Positions 30,188-42,426 are shown, counted from the first letter of the stretch. The stretch: DNA of 64,000 bases from Chthonomonadaceae bacterium (GCA_035650735.1 DASRGZ010000115.1:1-64000), one strand, 5' to 3'. Made by a program: numbers and translations. Notes: generated by a model from the sequence alone, not told the origin.

Positions 30188-31006
30188 TTACAGGGCAACG
30201 CGCAGGCCGTCGTAGGCGACCTGGATGCCGTGCGGCGCGAAGAAGCGTTCCAGATCCGCGTAGAGCGCACGGCTGTTATGGGAGAAGTGCGTGACAATGC
30301 AGCGGGCGTCCGGGGCCAGCGCGCCGCGTCTTGCCAGCTCGTCGCGCGCCCGCACCACCGCCAGCCCGCCCATGTGGCCCTGCTGATTATCCTCCGTGCC
30401 GTAGGTGCCGTCGAGAATGAGCAGGTGGATAGGCTTGCCGCTCAGAAACTCCCAGGTCGGCGCATCGTACCAGCCGGTATCGTGGCCGAAGAGCGCCGCG
30501 CGCCCCTCCGCCTCCACCCGAAAGTTAAAGCACTCCTCGCTGCGGTCGTGCGCGGCCAGCACGGGCGTAGCGGATACGCCTTCGCCGAGTTCTACCGGCT
30601 CCCAGGCTTTCAGGCGGTGGAACTCCAGCTTATACCGGCCCCAATCGCTGCCGTTTGCCTCTACGAACTTTGCCTCTACCTTCGCGTTGCCCCAGACGTG
30701 CAGCGGGTTATCCGGTGTGATGGAGAAACCGGCCCGGCGGTAGTAGAGATCGGTAGGGAACCAGTGGTCGGAGTGGCTGTGCGTGACGAGCAGATGCTCC
30801 AGCTTCTCGAAGGCGAGACCATACTTCTGTTGGTGCAGGTTGGAGTCCGGCCCGAAATCCAGGCGTATCCGGTCCCCAAGCATATAGGCGGCGCGACTGC
30901 GCACGTCGTTGCCGCCGTTGGCCCGCGCCTGTTGGCAGGCCGGGCAGGTGCAAAAGAGCGCGGGCCACCCTTCCGCCGCCGCCGTGCCGCAAAACAGTAT
31001 CTCCAT
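30188..31006 (-). CDS. Metallo-beta-lactamase-fold hydrolase (PhnP-like)
   Basis: GTAAAEG..FCTCPAC, THSHSDH and THFSHN motifs. Confidence 0.85.
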   Translation of the reverse strand: MEILFCGTAAAEGWPALFCTCPACQQARANGGNDVRSRAAYMLGDRIRLDFGPDSNLHQQKYGLAFEKLEHLLVTHSHSDHWFPTDLYYRRAGFSITPDNPLHVWGNAKVEAKFVEANGSDWGRYKLEFHRLKAWEPVELGEGVSATPVLAAHDRSEECFNFRVEAEGRAALFGHDTGWYDAPTWEFLSGKPIHLLILDGTYGTEDNQQGHMGGLAVVRARDELARRGALAPDARCIVTHFSHNSRALYADLERFFAPHGIQVAYDGLRVAL

Positions 31007-31454
31007 GCGTTCTCTCTCCTTTGCCCTTCTACAGCTTCTCCCCGCTCGGAACATTCACCATCGTCCCTGAAGATGCCTGCTTCCCGGAAGAACATCGAAT
31101 TCTCGGCGCTTTTGCGTTTTTGGTGTCCGCCAGGGCGCTTGGCCGCAGGCCCTAGAGCCGGGGGGTTGAAAACCCCCGTCTAGAGGGCGGCTGCGCCGCC
31201 GACCGTCCTACCGGACGGAAAACCTGGCTTGGCAGGGCGTCCGCTAGTCGCAAGGCCGAGCCGCGAACCGTTGAGCGGCGTCCCTTGCAGTCGCTTGGCC
31301 GCAGGCCCTGGAGACGGGTACTTTCCGTGCCCGGCGTCGAGTGTGGGAAAACGGAATGGTACTGCCCCCGGAGGGAACCCATGTGGCGACCTAGAAATAA
31401 TACCTATAGGCGCTATTGCCCGCACGCACGGGGGTGAACCGGAAGGTAGAGCAG

Positions 31455-33380
31455 ATGCAAAAGCTAGCGGTACTGTGTGCAGCGTTGATCGTGGGGATGG
31501 GAGGGAGAGCGGTGGCCTCCGATGTAGAATACCTGGGAGAGCCGTGTCGGGCCAAGCAGGTGCTGGCCGGGCGCGTGATCGTAGACCGGGCCGATGGACG
31601 GGAACGACTCGTGCTGACCAATGATAACGAGACACAAGGCGCGGAACTTCTCTGCATTGACTTCGAGAAGGATACCGGCCAGCTCTATCCCGCGCCTGCC
31701 GGGGCCGGCTCCTGGGCGCTCCATGAGGTGAAGGGCGACCGGCTGGTCGTGGGCACGTTCTACGACGGCATGTTCATGGTCTTCGACCTGAAAACCCATC
31801 GGTTCATCAAGACGGTTCCCTTCCCCGGCGAGAGCTATATCTGGAATCTGGCCCTCGGCGGCGATGGCCGACTCTACGGCGGGACCTATCCGGGCGGGAA
31901 ACTGGGCGCGCTCGACCTGGATACCTACGCCCTGGAGGACTGCGGCGCTCCCGCCGCGCCCAACCAGTACCTACGCTATGTCTCGGCGACGCCGGACGGA
32001 CGTATCCTATGCAGCTTTGGGATGCAGGAGCCGAAAAGTCTCCTCTACGACCCGGCGACAAAGCGATTCTCGTCCCTGCCCAAACCGCTGGAGGGAGCCA
32101 GCGTCGGCGTCTCCTGGAACGGGTACTTTATCGTCGGCGCGCGCGTCTACCAGGGGCGGGACTTCCAGGCGGTGGACCCGCCGCCGTTTCCCGTTCCCCC
32201 GGCGGAGAAGGGCGGCTGGTACGCCGACGCCGACCTGACCACGCCCGACACGCTTTACCTGCATCAGGGGCACGCCCTCTATTGCTATCGCAAGGGAGAG
32301 GCCGCGCTCACGCTCCTGACCGACGTAGACCTGCGCGGCGGGCGGCTTCTGGGGGCCAGTCGGAACGGCGCGCTGCTGGGCGTGCGCGGGCAGGACTACT
32401 TTGTTCTCCAGCCTGGCGAGACGACGCTGCGCCTGCGGCCCATTCCGGTAGAGGGGCGCGGCAGGCCGACGCTCTTCCTGAAGGCCGACGCGCAGGGACG
32501 GCTCTGGGGCGGGCCGCACTTCGGACAGACGCTCTTCTCCTATGACACGCGCACCGGGAAGGCCGTCAATACAGGCGTGATCTGCGACGCGGGCGGCGAG
32601 GTCTACGACGTGGCCTTTCTGCATGGCAAGGTCTACGCGGCCTCTTACTCCGGCGGGGACATCACCTGCTACGATCCGAACGCGCCCTGGGACCAGTGGA
32701 ACCATAAAAACCCGAAGCCGCTCGCGACCGTCGGGCCGGACTATATCCGTCCGACCGGCGGCATCCTGGCCGGGCCGGACGGCAAGCTCTATTCCGGCTG
32801 GATGGCAAAATACGGAACCTACGGCGGCGCGATAGCGATCACCGACCCAGAGACGGGCAGGACGGAGCGTATCGAAAACCCGCTCGGCGCGCAGGCGGTC
32901 GAGGGCCTGGCGGTGGAGGGACAATTTTGCTACATCGGCACGTCGCTGGCAGCCAACGGCCTGCCGAACAAGACCGGCGAGTCGGCGCAGTTCGGGGTGA
33001 TGGATCGGACCACCCGGAAAGTCGTCTTCAGGCACACGTTCGAGGGCGCGCAGGGCGTGCGCTCGGTCGCGTTCGACAGGAAGACGGGGCGGGTGGCGAT
33101 GGTCGTAGATGGCAAGCTGCGAGTCTTCGATGCAAAGCGATCTGCTTTCGTCACGCTGCCTGCCGATCTGCCTCCGGTCAAGAGCGCCTCTATCGCCCTG
33201 CCGGGGAACGGAACCGTCCTGATCGGCAGCGGCAAGGAAGTGTTGGCAATCAATTTGAGGGATGGCAGGGCGACGCCGCTGGGCGCGCTCCCGGCGGATG
33301 TAACCAACGTGACCATCGGAGCGGACGGCGCGGTCTACGTCTCCTGCGAGGCCGCCCTCTATCGCCTGAGGAGATTATAG
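31455..33380 (+). CDS. Secreted beta-propeller protein
   Basis: Signal peptide; repeated DG.LY.G blade motifs. Confidence 0.75.
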   Translation: MQKLAVLCAALIVGMGGRAVASDVEYLGEPCRAKQVLAGRVIVDRADGRERLVLTNDNETQGAELLCIDFEKDTGQLYPAPAGAGSWALHEVKGDRLVVGTFYDGMFMVFDLKTHRFIKTVPFPGESYIWNLALGGDGRLYGGTYPGGKLGALDLDTYALEDCGAPAAPNQYLRYVSATPDGRILCSFGMQEPKSLLYDPATKRFSSLPKPLEGASVGVSWNGYFIVGARVYQGRDFQAVDPPPFPVPPAEKGGWYADADLTTPDTLYLHQGHALYCYRKGEAALTLLTDVDLRGGRLLGASRNGALLGVRGQDYFVLQPGETTLRLRPIPVEGRGRPTLFLKADAQGRLWGGPHFGQTLFSYDTRTGKAVNTGVICDAGGEVYDVAFLHGKVYAASYSGGDITCYDPNAPWDQWNHKNPKPLATVGPDYIRPTGGILAGPDGKLYSGWMAKYGTYGGAIAITDPETGRTERIENPLGAQAVEGLAVEGQFCYIGTSLAANGLPNKTGESAQFGVMDRTTRKVVFRHTFEGAQGVRSVAFDRKTGRVAMVVDGKLRVFDAKRSAFVTLPADLPPVKSASIALPGNGTVLIGSGKEVLAINLRDGRATPLGALPADVTNVTIGADGAVYVSCEAALYRLRRL

Positions 33381-33455
33381 TGCCGGTCAGGGGCAAGGGC
33401 AACTCCGCCCGGCCCTAAAGGACCGGGCGGCCAGCGTGCCAGGAGAGGTACGGCG

Positions 33456-34285
33456 ATGAAGCGCAGAGGCTCGGTTGGCTTGGTGATGCTCCTTTTGGTT
33501 GGCGGCTTGCTGGCTATTCCTGTCTAGCTCACCTATAGGGCTGTCCAGCAAGAGAAGGCAAACGCTACCCTGATTGCTGCGGTGAAGAAGAACGATACTG
33601 CCGGAGTGATTGCCGTCCTTAACCGAGGGGCCGATGCCAATGCCAGAGACCTTCCCACGGACACTCGTTCCCTCTGGCAGCACCTCTGGGATGTCCTGCG
33701 GGGTAGACACCGACGGACGAAGAGGGAGCCGACGGCTTTGCTGGTAGCTCTGCTGCCACATGCAGACCTTGTGCATAGAGGCGTAGTACAACCCTCGGAG
33801 AACCCGGCACTGATGAAAGCCTTGCTGGATAGAGGAGCCGACGCTAATATCAGCATCCCTGCCTATGAGGGGTCGGATGCCGACAACCTCTCCCCTCTTT
33901 TTCTGGCTGTGCTATCTGGCAAGCGAGCCACCGTCAAGCTGCTCCTGGAACATGGGGCCGATGTAAGTCCCAAGACCAATTGGAATCCTCTCGTGTATAT
34001 GTTGGAAACCCGGAACGCCTTGATCTAGCGAAGGCTATGTTGGATCGAGGAGCAGATGTCAACGTAAAGGATAGGGATGGAAGCACGGCCCTGGAAGAAG
34101 CCGTGTATTATGGAAATGTGAAAGCCGTGCGGCTGCTGTTGGAACAGCATGCCAATGTGCATCTGCCGACCTCAGAGGGAACATCCATTCTCTCTGAGGC
34201 TATCGCCTGCCGCCGTGATAACCCGGAGGAGCCGGCATACCAGCAAATCGTGTCCTTGTTGAAGAAGGCAGGGGCAAAGAAGTAG
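33456..34285 (+). pseudogene. Membrane-anchored ankyrin-repeat protein with a nonsense codon (33525-33527) and a frameshift (~33995)
   Basis: MKRRGSVGLVMLLLVGGLLAIPV*LTYRAVQQEKANATL continues in frame into ORF 33582; LLDRGADAN/LLEHGADV repeats continue in ORF 33980-34285. Confidence 0.8.
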
Positions 34286-34456
34286 GCTGCTTTTTCTGGA
34301 GCAAAAGGAAAATCAACCGCATCTATTCAAATGCCGTAGCCTTCCCACCTCAAAAGGGCAAAAGGGATATTTCATGGATGGAAAGCGTTCCTTGCGCGTT
34401 AGCGCTGGCGTGATAGCGAGATAGAAGAAACAACAAAATCCTGAGGGGAGATACTG

Positions 34457-36013
34457 ATGACTGGAAGGATGATGTGGAAAATCTGGGGCCTGCTGGCCGC
34501 AGTGTCCCTGTTGGCCGCAGCGAGAATGGCGGCGCGGGCCGACGTGAAGCCCAACGCGCTGTTCTCGGATGGGGCCGTGCTTCAGCAGGGACGGCGCGTG
34601 CCGGTCTGGGGAACCGCCAGCAACGGCGAGAAAGTGACCGTCACGTTCCAGGACCAGAAGGTCACCACGACGGCCAGAGGCGGGCGGTGGATGGTGTGGC
34701 TGCGACCGTTGCGCGCGGGCGGCCCGTTTACCATGACCATCGACGGCAACAACACCATCACGCTTAACAACCTGCTGGTGGGCGAGGTCTGGATTTGCAG
34801 CGGGCAATCGAATATGGAGTGGCCACTGTGGGCCAGCGCGAACGCGCAGGAGGACATCGCCGCCGCCAACGACTCGCAACTGCGCTTCTTCACCGTCCCC
34901 CACGCCACCGCCGATCAGCCGCAGAGCGATGTCAAGTCCCAGTGGCAGGTCTGCGAGCCGAAGACCGCGCACGATTTCTCTGCCGTCGGCTACTACTTCG
35001 GCCGCGACCTGCGTAAAGCGCTGGATGTGCCGGTGGGGCTGATCAACTCCTCCTTTGGCGGCACGCCCGCCGAAGCCTGGACCAGCCGCCCGGCCCTGGA
35101 AGCCGATCCGATGTTCCGGGGAATGCTCGACGAGTACGCCATCGCTAAACGCACCTATCCTGAGGCCGTGCAGGCGTATCAGCAGGCCCTGGCGCGCTAC
35201 CAGGCGGACGCGGAAAAATTTCCGGCGTTAAAAACCACCCTTAAGCCGCCCAATCCGCCCGTCAACCCGGCGGAAAGCCCCTTCAGCCCCTCCACGCTCT
35301 ACAACGGCATGATCGCGCCCCTGATCCCTTATGCCATACGCGGCGTCATCTGGTATCAGGGCGAATCGAACGCGGGTCGTGCCTATGAGTACCAGACCCT
35401 CTTCCCAACCATGATCCAGGACTGGCGACGGCATTGGGGCGAGGGCGATTTTCCGTTCCTCTTTGTGCAGCTCGCCCCCTTCATGAAGATCGAGACGCAG
35501 CCGACCGAGAGCGCCTGGGCGGAGCTGCGAGAGGCGCAGCGGCTGACGTCCCTACGCGTTCCTCGCACGGCGATGGCCGTCATCACGGACCTCGGCGATG
35601 AGAACGACATCCATCCGCGCCGGAAGCAGCCGGTCGGCGCGCGGCTGGCTCTGGCCGCCCTCGCCATGGTCTACGGGCAGAAGCAGACGGCTTCCGGCCC
35701 CACCTACGATTCGATGCAGGTGCAGGGCGACCGTATTATCCTGCGCTTTAAGAACGTGGACGGCGGGCTGGTGGCGCATGGGGACAAGTTGACGGGCTTT
35801 ACCATCGCCGGAGAGGATAGGAAATTTGTAAACGCGGAAGCAGAAATTCACGGCGATACCGTAATCGTCCGGAGCCCGGAAGTGCCCCATCCGGTCGCGG
35901 TCCGATTCGGCTGGGCTAATTATCCGGTGGTCAATCTCTACAATCAAGCCGGGCTGCCCGCCTCGCCCTTCCGCACCGACAACTTCCCGATGACCACCGA
36001 ACCGCACCGCTAA
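34457..36013 (+). CDS. Sialate O-acetylesterase (SASA) family protein
   Basis: GEVWICSGQSNM, WYQGESNA and DIHP motifs. Confidence 0.92.
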   Translation: MTGRMMWKIWGLLAAVSLLAAARMAARADVKPNALFSDGAVLQQGRRVPVWGTASNGEKVTVTFQDQKVTTTARGGRWMVWLRPLRAGGPFTMTIDGNNTITLNNLLVGEVWICSGQSNMEWPLWASANAQEDIAAANDSQLRFFTVPHATADQPQSDVKSQWQVCEPKTAHDFSAVGYYFGRDLRKALDVPVGLINSSFGGTPAEAWTSRPALEADPMFRGMLDEYAIAKRTYPEAVQAYQQALARYQADAEKFPALKTTLKPPNPPVNPAESPFSPSTLYNGMIAPLIPYAIRGVIWYQGESNAGRAYEYQTLFPTMIQDWRRHWGEGDFPFLFVQLAPFMKIETQPTESAWAELREAQRLTSLRVPRTAMAVITDLGDENDIHPRRKQPVGARLALAALAMVYGQKQTASGPTYDSMQVQGDRIILRFKNVDGGLVAHGDKLTGFTIAGEDRKFVNAEAEIHGDTVIVRSPEVPHPVAVRFGWANYPVVNLYNQAGLPASPFRTDNFPMTTEPHR

Positions 36014-36114
36014 AAGAGGCACCGATTCGTTGATCGGCCTCATTACCGGGCGTTAAAATACCCAGCTCAGAGGCGGAAAAGCGCCTCCGAGCTGGGTACG
36101 TTTGGTTTCCGGCC

Positions 36115-37667
36115 TCAATCCGCTTCCTGCAAAGCGGGCAGGCGGACGGTGAAGGTGGTGCCCTTGCCGACCTCGCTCGCAACCGTGATCTGGCCGCCGT
36201 GCGACTCGGCGATCCAGCGGGCGATGTTGAGGCCCAGGCCGCTGCCGCCCTGATCGCGACTGCGCCCGGAGTCCACGCGATAGAAACGGTCGAAGATGTG
36301 CGGCAGGTGCTCCGGAGGAATTCCGGGGCCGGTGTCCCGCACGCTCAGAACGGCGAACCCGGGGCCGCCGGGATGATCGGGGTCGGGCGCATGGATGAGG
36401 GAAAGGACAACCGAGCCGCCCTCCGGCGTGTAGTTGATGGCGTTGTGGAGCAGGTTGGTAATCAGTTGCCCCAGCCAGAGCGCATCGCCGTTGAGGCGGA
36501 CGGAATCCATCACTTCAATATCGAGCGTGATGTTCTTGCGGTGGGCCAGACGCTCCATCGGCTCGTAGGCATTTAAGGCGACCCCATCCAGCGCCAGCGG
36601 CTCCTGCTTGAGGCGCACCTGGTCGGCATCGGCGCGCGAGAGCAGCAGCAAGTTGTTGACGATGGAGGAGAGCCGTTCCGTCTCCTCGATGATGCTTTTG
36701 AGCGTCCGGCGATACTCCTCCGGCGTCAAATCGGACATCAGCGCGACTTCCGCCTCGCCGCGGATGCTCGTCAGCGGCGTCTTGAGTTCGTGGGAGGCGT
36801 CGGCGGAGAAACGCTCGATCTGGCGGAAACTCTTGTCCAGGCGCGCAATCATCTCGTTGAGCGCCGCCGCCAGCCGTCCGATCTCGTTGTCCGTGCGCGG
36901 GGGCACCAGGCGCAGATCCAGCCGCTTGCTCTCGATAGAGAGGGCCGCCTGCGTCATATCGTCCACCGGCTTGAGCGCACGCCCGACCAGCCACCAGCCG
37001 CCGAGCAGCGCGATCACAAAGACCGAGGGCGTCAGCACCAGCAGAATCTCCGAGGCGCGCTGTAACGCCGCCTCCACGCCCTCCACCGACGCCCCGACCT
37101 GCACCAGGTAGGGAATCTTCTCTCCCTGAAATACCGGCACCGTGACCATGCGCACTGGATACTCGCCCAGGTCGTGGACCGTCTCAAACCGCGGCTTGCC
37201 CGCCAGTCCCGCCAGCAGCGTCTCCGTATGGATCGGCAGGGAGTTGGTGCGCAGAGCGTCTGAGTACGCTACCTTATCTCCGTGCGAATTGATCACCTGC
37301 ACATACCGGCCCCACGATTGCAGCTCCGTGTTATCCACAAAGCTCTGTTCTGTGGCGCGGTCCACGGTCCGTCCGGGATGGAGCGTCTCGTAGTGGTAGA
37401 GCGTGGCGGCGATGGTCTTGGCGGTATCTTCCGCGTAGCGGACCAGCGCGGCGTCGGCGCGGGAGTTGAGGAATTGGCGCAGCAGCAGGTAGGTGAAGCC
37501 GGCCAGCAGCAAGAGCGTCAGGGCGAGCAGCCCGCCGTGCCAGAGCGCCAACTGCGCCCGCAGGCTGTTGAGGCTAGGGAACCGCCAGCGGCGCTCCGAG
37601 GGGGCCGCATCCGCCGGGATCATTCCCTTCTCTTCCAGGGAAGAGGGCCGGGGCGTTACATCCAGAC

Positions 37668-37671
<4 letters not shown>
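36115..37671 (-). CDS. HAMP sensor histidine kinase
   Basis: ASHELKTPL, NLLHNAINY, DTGPGI and GSGLGL motifs. Confidence 0.95.
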
Positions 37672-38348
<677 letters not shown>

Positions 38349-38450
38349 AGATTGTTTCCTACTCTGCTGCTCTGCTTTGCCCGGACACATAGAGCAGGAG
38401 GAACCCTGCCGCCTGTTGAATTGACCTGCAAACTCTGGGAGGTTCGTCCC

Positions 38451-39746
38451 ATGAAGCGAATGCATCTGTTGATGCTGACCCTTTGCCTGCTGGCGCTTAG
38501 CCTGGGGCCGCGGGCCGAGGCAGACTTAGCCGGTTATTTTAAGAAGCCGGAGCCTGCCTATAAATGGGAAGAGCAGAGCGAAAAAGCCGTCTCTGGCGGC
38601 GTCGTCTACGACCTGCATCTGGTTTCCCAGATGTGGCAGGGCATTCCCTGGCAGCACCGCCTGCGCATTTTTCGGCCCGTCCGGATCGCCCATCCCGATT
38701 TCTGTGTCCTGCTCAACACCGGCGGCGACGGAGCTAACGACGATCTGACGATGGGCATGCTCGCGGCTCAATCCGCCGGCACGGTCTTTGCCATCCTCTA
38801 CGACATTCCCAACCAGCCGCTCTATGGCGGCAAGGTGGAGGATGAGCTGGTCGTCTATACCTGGCTCAAGTACCTGGAGACAGGAGACGATACCTGGCCC
38901 CTGCATTTCCCGATGGCCAAGAGCGTCCTCAAAGCGATGGACGCCATTCAGGAATTCACCCGCAAAGAGGGCCAGCCGCCTGTCACCAGGTTCCTGATTA
39001 CAGGCGCCTCCAAGCGGGGCTGGACGACCTGGCTGGCCGGGGCGAGCCGCGACCCGCGCATCAAGGCCATCGCGCCCATGGTGATTGATACGCTCAATGT
39101 GCTGGCCCAGATTCCCCACCAACTGGCGGCGTATGGCAAGCCCAGCGAACAGATAAGCGACTATACCAACGCCGGCCTTCTGACCAAGCTCAATACGCCG
39201 GAGGGACGCCGTCTGGTGGCGCTGGAAGATCCCTACAGCTATCGGGACCTCCTGACTCTGCCCAAGCTTATTATCCTGGGTACCAATGACCGCTACTGGG
39301 CGCAGGACGCGCTCAATCTGTACTGGGACGGCCTGAAAGGCCCGAAATGGATCTCCTATACGCCCAACAGCGGCCACGGTCTGGAGGACAAGATGCACGT
39401 CCTGAGTACCCTGACCGCCTTCGCCAATGCCATTGCCGCCCGGCAGAAGTGGCCTCAGATGCGCTGGAAGTACATCGAGTCCGATAATGGCCTGAATCTA
39501 CTTCTGGCAAGCGATATCCCCCCGAAATCCGCCCGCCTCTTCCGGGCCAGCGCCCCAACCCAGGACTTCCGCGACTCCCGATGGACTTCCGAGCCGATGA
39601 CCCGCACGGCGGAAGGTTTTACCGGCCATCTGGCCCGTCCTGCGCAGGGTTATACGGCCACGTTCGGCGAAGCCACCTACGAGATCGGCGGCAAAACCTT
39701 CACGCTTTCCACCCAGATCCGGATCATAGGCAGCCAGGGCCGTTAA
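38451..39746 (+). CDS. PqaA-type (PhoPQ-activated pathogenicity-related) alpha/beta-hydrolase-like protein
   Basis: GASKRGWTTW, PLHFPMAK and DPYSY motifs. Confidence 0.85.
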   Translation: MKRMHLLMLTLCLLALSLGPRAEADLAGYFKKPEPAYKWEEQSEKAVSGGVVYDLHLVSQMWQGIPWQHRLRIFRPVRIAHPDFCVLLNTGGDGANDDLTMGMLAAQSAGTVFAILYDIPNQPLYGGKVEDELVVYTWLKYLETGDDTWPLHFPMAKSVLKAMDAIQEFTRKEGQPPVTRFLITGASKRGWTTWLAGASRDPRIKAIAPMVIDTLNVLAQIPHQLAAYGKPSEQISDYTNAGLLTKLNTPEGRRLVALEDPYSYRDLLTLPKLIILGTNDRYWAQDALNLYWDGLKGPKWISYTPNSGHGLEDKMHVLSTLTAFANAIAARQKWPQMRWKYIESDNGLNLLLASDIPPKSARLFRASAPTQDFRDSRWTSEPMTRTAEGFTGHLARPAQGYTATFGEATYEIGGKTFTLSTQIRIIGSQGR

Positions 39747-39945
39747 ACTGGGCCGAGAAACGACCCGTCTCCTGGGCGAGTAGGCCTCACCCTGAGACGG
39801 GTATTTTTCATGCACGTCTCAACGGCCCAGGTGCAGCGTCCTATCCTCTAGTATCGTTGTTCCGCTATGATATATAATAACCGCAATATAGCCTAAAAGC
39901 AAGATATAGCCCGGTTCCTGGGCCATCCCGGTTTGGTCGTAGATT

Positions 39946-40884
39946 ATGAAGATTACTTTCCTGGGCACCAGTTCCGGCGCGCCCAGCCGTATGCGCAATG
40001 TCAGCAGCATCGCCCTGCAGTGGTCGCACGATGGTAGCCTATGGCTGTTCGATTGCGGCGAGGGAACGCAGCATCAGATCCTGCGCTCGCCGCTGCGCCT
40101 GAGCCACCTGGAGCGCCTCTTCTTCTCGCATCTGCATGGCGATCACCTGTTCGGAGCGCCCGGCTTGCTGGCAACGCGCTCTGCGCAGGCCGGAGGCGTC
40201 ACGCCGGTAACGCTCTACGGGCCGCCCGGGCTGGCCGAATATATTCGCTGCTCGCTGACGCTCAGCCAGACGCAGCTAGGCTATCCGATCCAGGTGGAGA
40301 CGGTGCGGCAGAAACTGGTCTATGAGGACGCCTTTGTGCGCGTGGAGTGCGCGCCGCTGGCGCATCGTATCGAGACGTTTGGCTATGCCGTGACAGAGCG
40401 AGAGCAGTCGGGTCGCTTCGATGTGGAAAAAGCCCGCGCGCTGGGAGTACCCGAAGGTCCGCTATATGGCCGGCTCAAGCGTGGGGAGACCATCACTCTG
40501 CCGGACGGGAGGATCGTCGAGGGAGCGGCGCTCGTCGGCCCACCCAGACCGGGGCGCAAACTGGCCTACTGTACCGACACCGCCTACACGCCCAACGCCG
40601 TGGCTTTAGCCCGCGACGCCGATGTCCTGATCCATGAGGCCACCTATACCCAGGCCGATGCGGCCCTGGCCCGGCGTTCCTGGCATTCGACGGCCCTGTC
40701 GGCGGCGCGGGTGGCGCAGGAAGCCCACGCCGGCCTGCTGATCCTGACTCACTTCAGCACGCGCTACGAGTCGAGCGTTTCGCAGATGAACGAGCTGCTG
40801 GAGGAAGCGCGCTCCCTCTTCCCGAACACGCTGCTGGCCCACGATTTCTGGAGCTACGAGATCCCGCGCCGCGGTCCCGCTTGA
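39946..40884 (+). CDS. rnz: Ribonuclease Z
   Basis: [23 protein letters not shown], exosite GVPEGP, HEAT and HFSTRY motifs. Confidence 0.93.
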   Translation: MKITFLGTSSGAPSRMRNVSSIALQWSHDGSLWLFDCGEGTQHQILRSPLRLSHLERLFFSHLHGDHLFGAPGLLATRSAQAGGVTPVTLYGPPGLAEYIRCSLTLSQTQLGYPIQVETVRQKLVYEDAFVRVECAPLAHRIETFGYAVTEREQSGRFDVEKARALGVPEGPLYGRLKRGETITLPDGRIVEGAALVGPPRPGRKLAYCTDTAYTPNAVALARDADVLIHEATYTQADAALARRSWHSTALSAARVAQEAHAGLLILTHFSTRYESSVSQMNELLEEARSLFPNTLLAHDFWSYEIPRRGPA

Positions 40885-40945
40885 AGTCCCCGTGGCAAGA
40901 TTCGGACGGTTTTACTGCCCACAGAAAGGTTGCGAGGGTACCAGG

Positions 40946-41635
40946 ATGACAACGGATGATCTGCTCAACCCTCTGGACGCGCTGACTGCCGAGGAATCGG
41001 CGGCCGCACCGGAAAGCGCCGCGCGCCCGATTCCCCGCGACACGGCAGAGTGGAACAGGCTCTTCGCGGAGAGCGGAACGGATTACCTCTTCGGCACGGA
41101 GCCGAGCAATCTGGCGCGAACCGCCCTGCGCTACTGGCAAAGCCTGTATCGGGAAGAGCGCGGCCCGCTGCTGGATTTAGGCTGTGGCGAAGGACGCGAC
41201 GCCGTTTTCTATGCGCAGCAGGGCTTCACGGTTACCGCCGTAGATGGCTCTTCTGCCGCGCTGGAGAAGGCAGGGCAACTAGCGCAGCAGGCGCACGTTC
41301 GGGTGGAACGGATACACTCCGACATCCGGGACTACCTGCTGTCGCAGGAGTTTCCCTTCCTCCATGCCAACAACAGCCTGCAATTCCTGGGCAAAGAGGC
41401 CCTGCCGTACCTGACCTATCTGCGGCGTCGTACTCCCTCCGGCGGCCTGCACGCCGTCAGCCTAATGACCCGCGACTACGTTCCCGAACAGGAAGGGCTC
41501 TACCTGTGCCAACGCAACGAGCTCAAGCTCTTCTATCGCGATTGGCGGGTTCTGTTCTACGCGGAGGAGATGGCCTGGCGCGAACCGGCGCAGCGCTATC
41601 TATCGTTCGCGCAGATCGTGGCCGTGCGCCCCTGA
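40946..41635 (+). CDS. Class I SAM-dependent methyltransferase (TehB-like)
   Basis: LDLGCGEGRDA motif. Confidence 0.85.
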   Translation: MTTDDLLNPLDALTAEESAAAPESAARPIPRDTAEWNRLFAESGTDYLFGTEPSNLARTALRYWQSLYREERGPLLDLGCGEGRDAVFYAQQGFTVTAVDGSSAALEKAGQLAQQAHVRVERIHSDIRDYLLSQEFPFLHANNSLQFLGKEALPYLTYLRRRTPSGGLHAVSLMTRDYVPEQEGLYLCQRNELKLFYRDWRVLFYAEEMAWREPAQRYLSFAQIVAVRP

Positions 41636-41644
41636 GGAGGGATT

Positions 41645-41937
41645 TCACCTCACCCCCAACCCCTGGTGAGGGTGTAGGATCGCCCTCACCCCCTTCCCCC
41701 TCTCCCACGCTGCGGGAGAGGGGAGAGCAGAGAAGCCGAGTCCCCCCCCTTCCCTCGTAGGGTCGCTAGGCGGAGGGGCGAACCATTGCAGCCCCGACCC
41801 TGGCAGTGGGGGCCGGGGGGTTAGGTAACACAGGAGGAGAGGGGAGAGTGTTTCCAACATTCCGAGCCGGCAGTGGGATGTGGTTCGGTTAGGTAACACA
41901 GGAGGAGAGGGGAGAGACCGCAGGCTGGGTGAGGTCC
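41645..41937. repeat. Composite REP cluster (families A and B)
   Basis: CCCTCACCCC..CTCCC..GGGAGAGGG, CCGACCCTGGCAGTGG and a 30-bp direct repeat; similar clusters at 9079-9289, 42835-43005 and 51287-51330. Confidence 0.7.
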
Positions 41938-42016
41938 GAGGCCGCTGGAAATCCGGGCGCAACCCCTTGACAAACGAGGAAAGGCAGACTATAATAATCG
42001 TGCTTGACTACGTTCT

Positions 42017-42088
42017 GCGGGAGTAGTTCAGTGGTAGAACGCCAGCTTCCCAAGCTGGATATCGCGAGTTCGAGTCTCGTCTCCCGCT
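42017..42088 (+). tRNA. tRNA-Gly (anticodon CCC), CCA not encoded
   Basis: Acceptor GCGGGAG/CTCCCGC; anticodon arm CCAGC-TTCCCAA-GCTGG; GTTCGAG T-loop; TTGACA..TATAAT promoter just upstream. Confidence 0.95.
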
Positions 42089-42203
42089 CTTAGCGAAGGT
42101 CTGTCGTAAGTCCGCAGAGGCCGGGCGCGTGGCGACCGGCCTTCCTCATCCCTGGCAGAAAAGCCTTCCTTCTCCTGCCGGTGAGCTGCTCCGACCCAAC
42201 CGA

Positions 42204-42278
42204 GGAGCCGTACCCAAGTGGCTAAGGGAGCGGTCTGCAAAACCGCGATCACCAGTTCGATTCTGGTCGGCTCCTCCA
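42204..42278 (+). tRNA. tRNA-Cys (anticodon GCA)
   Basis: Acceptor GGAGCCG/CGGCTCC; anticodon arm GCGGT-CTGCAAA-ACCGC; ends TCCA. Confidence 0.95.
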
Positions 42279-42426
42279 TCTCCTCTCTTTGCTCTCCTTG
42301 TTCTTCGCTTGGCGCAGAATTCGTGAAATCTTTAAGCCGCGCGTTACGTCTATGCAATGGAAGGCACGGGACTTCTCCTTAGCCCTGCCAACCCTATCTC
42401 TGCCTGTCTCCGAAAGGAGCTTTGCC

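Noticed and set aside
31340..31400. Cobalamin riboswitch (GGGAA..CTGCCCCCG)
   Set aside because: It lacks the rest of the B12-box/core consensus and the downstream gene is not B12-related.
41819..41916. 30-bp direct repeat (GGTTAGGTAACACAGGAGGAGAGGGGAGAG) with a 38-bp spacer as a mini-CRISPR
   Set aside because: Only two units, purine-rich and non-palindromic, continuous with a REP arm, and no cas genes in the window.
42017..42278. tRNA genes as the integration site of the 44.5-60 kb accessory region
   Set aside because: No duplicated tRNA 3' end and no integrase were seen, and two ordinary genes intervene.
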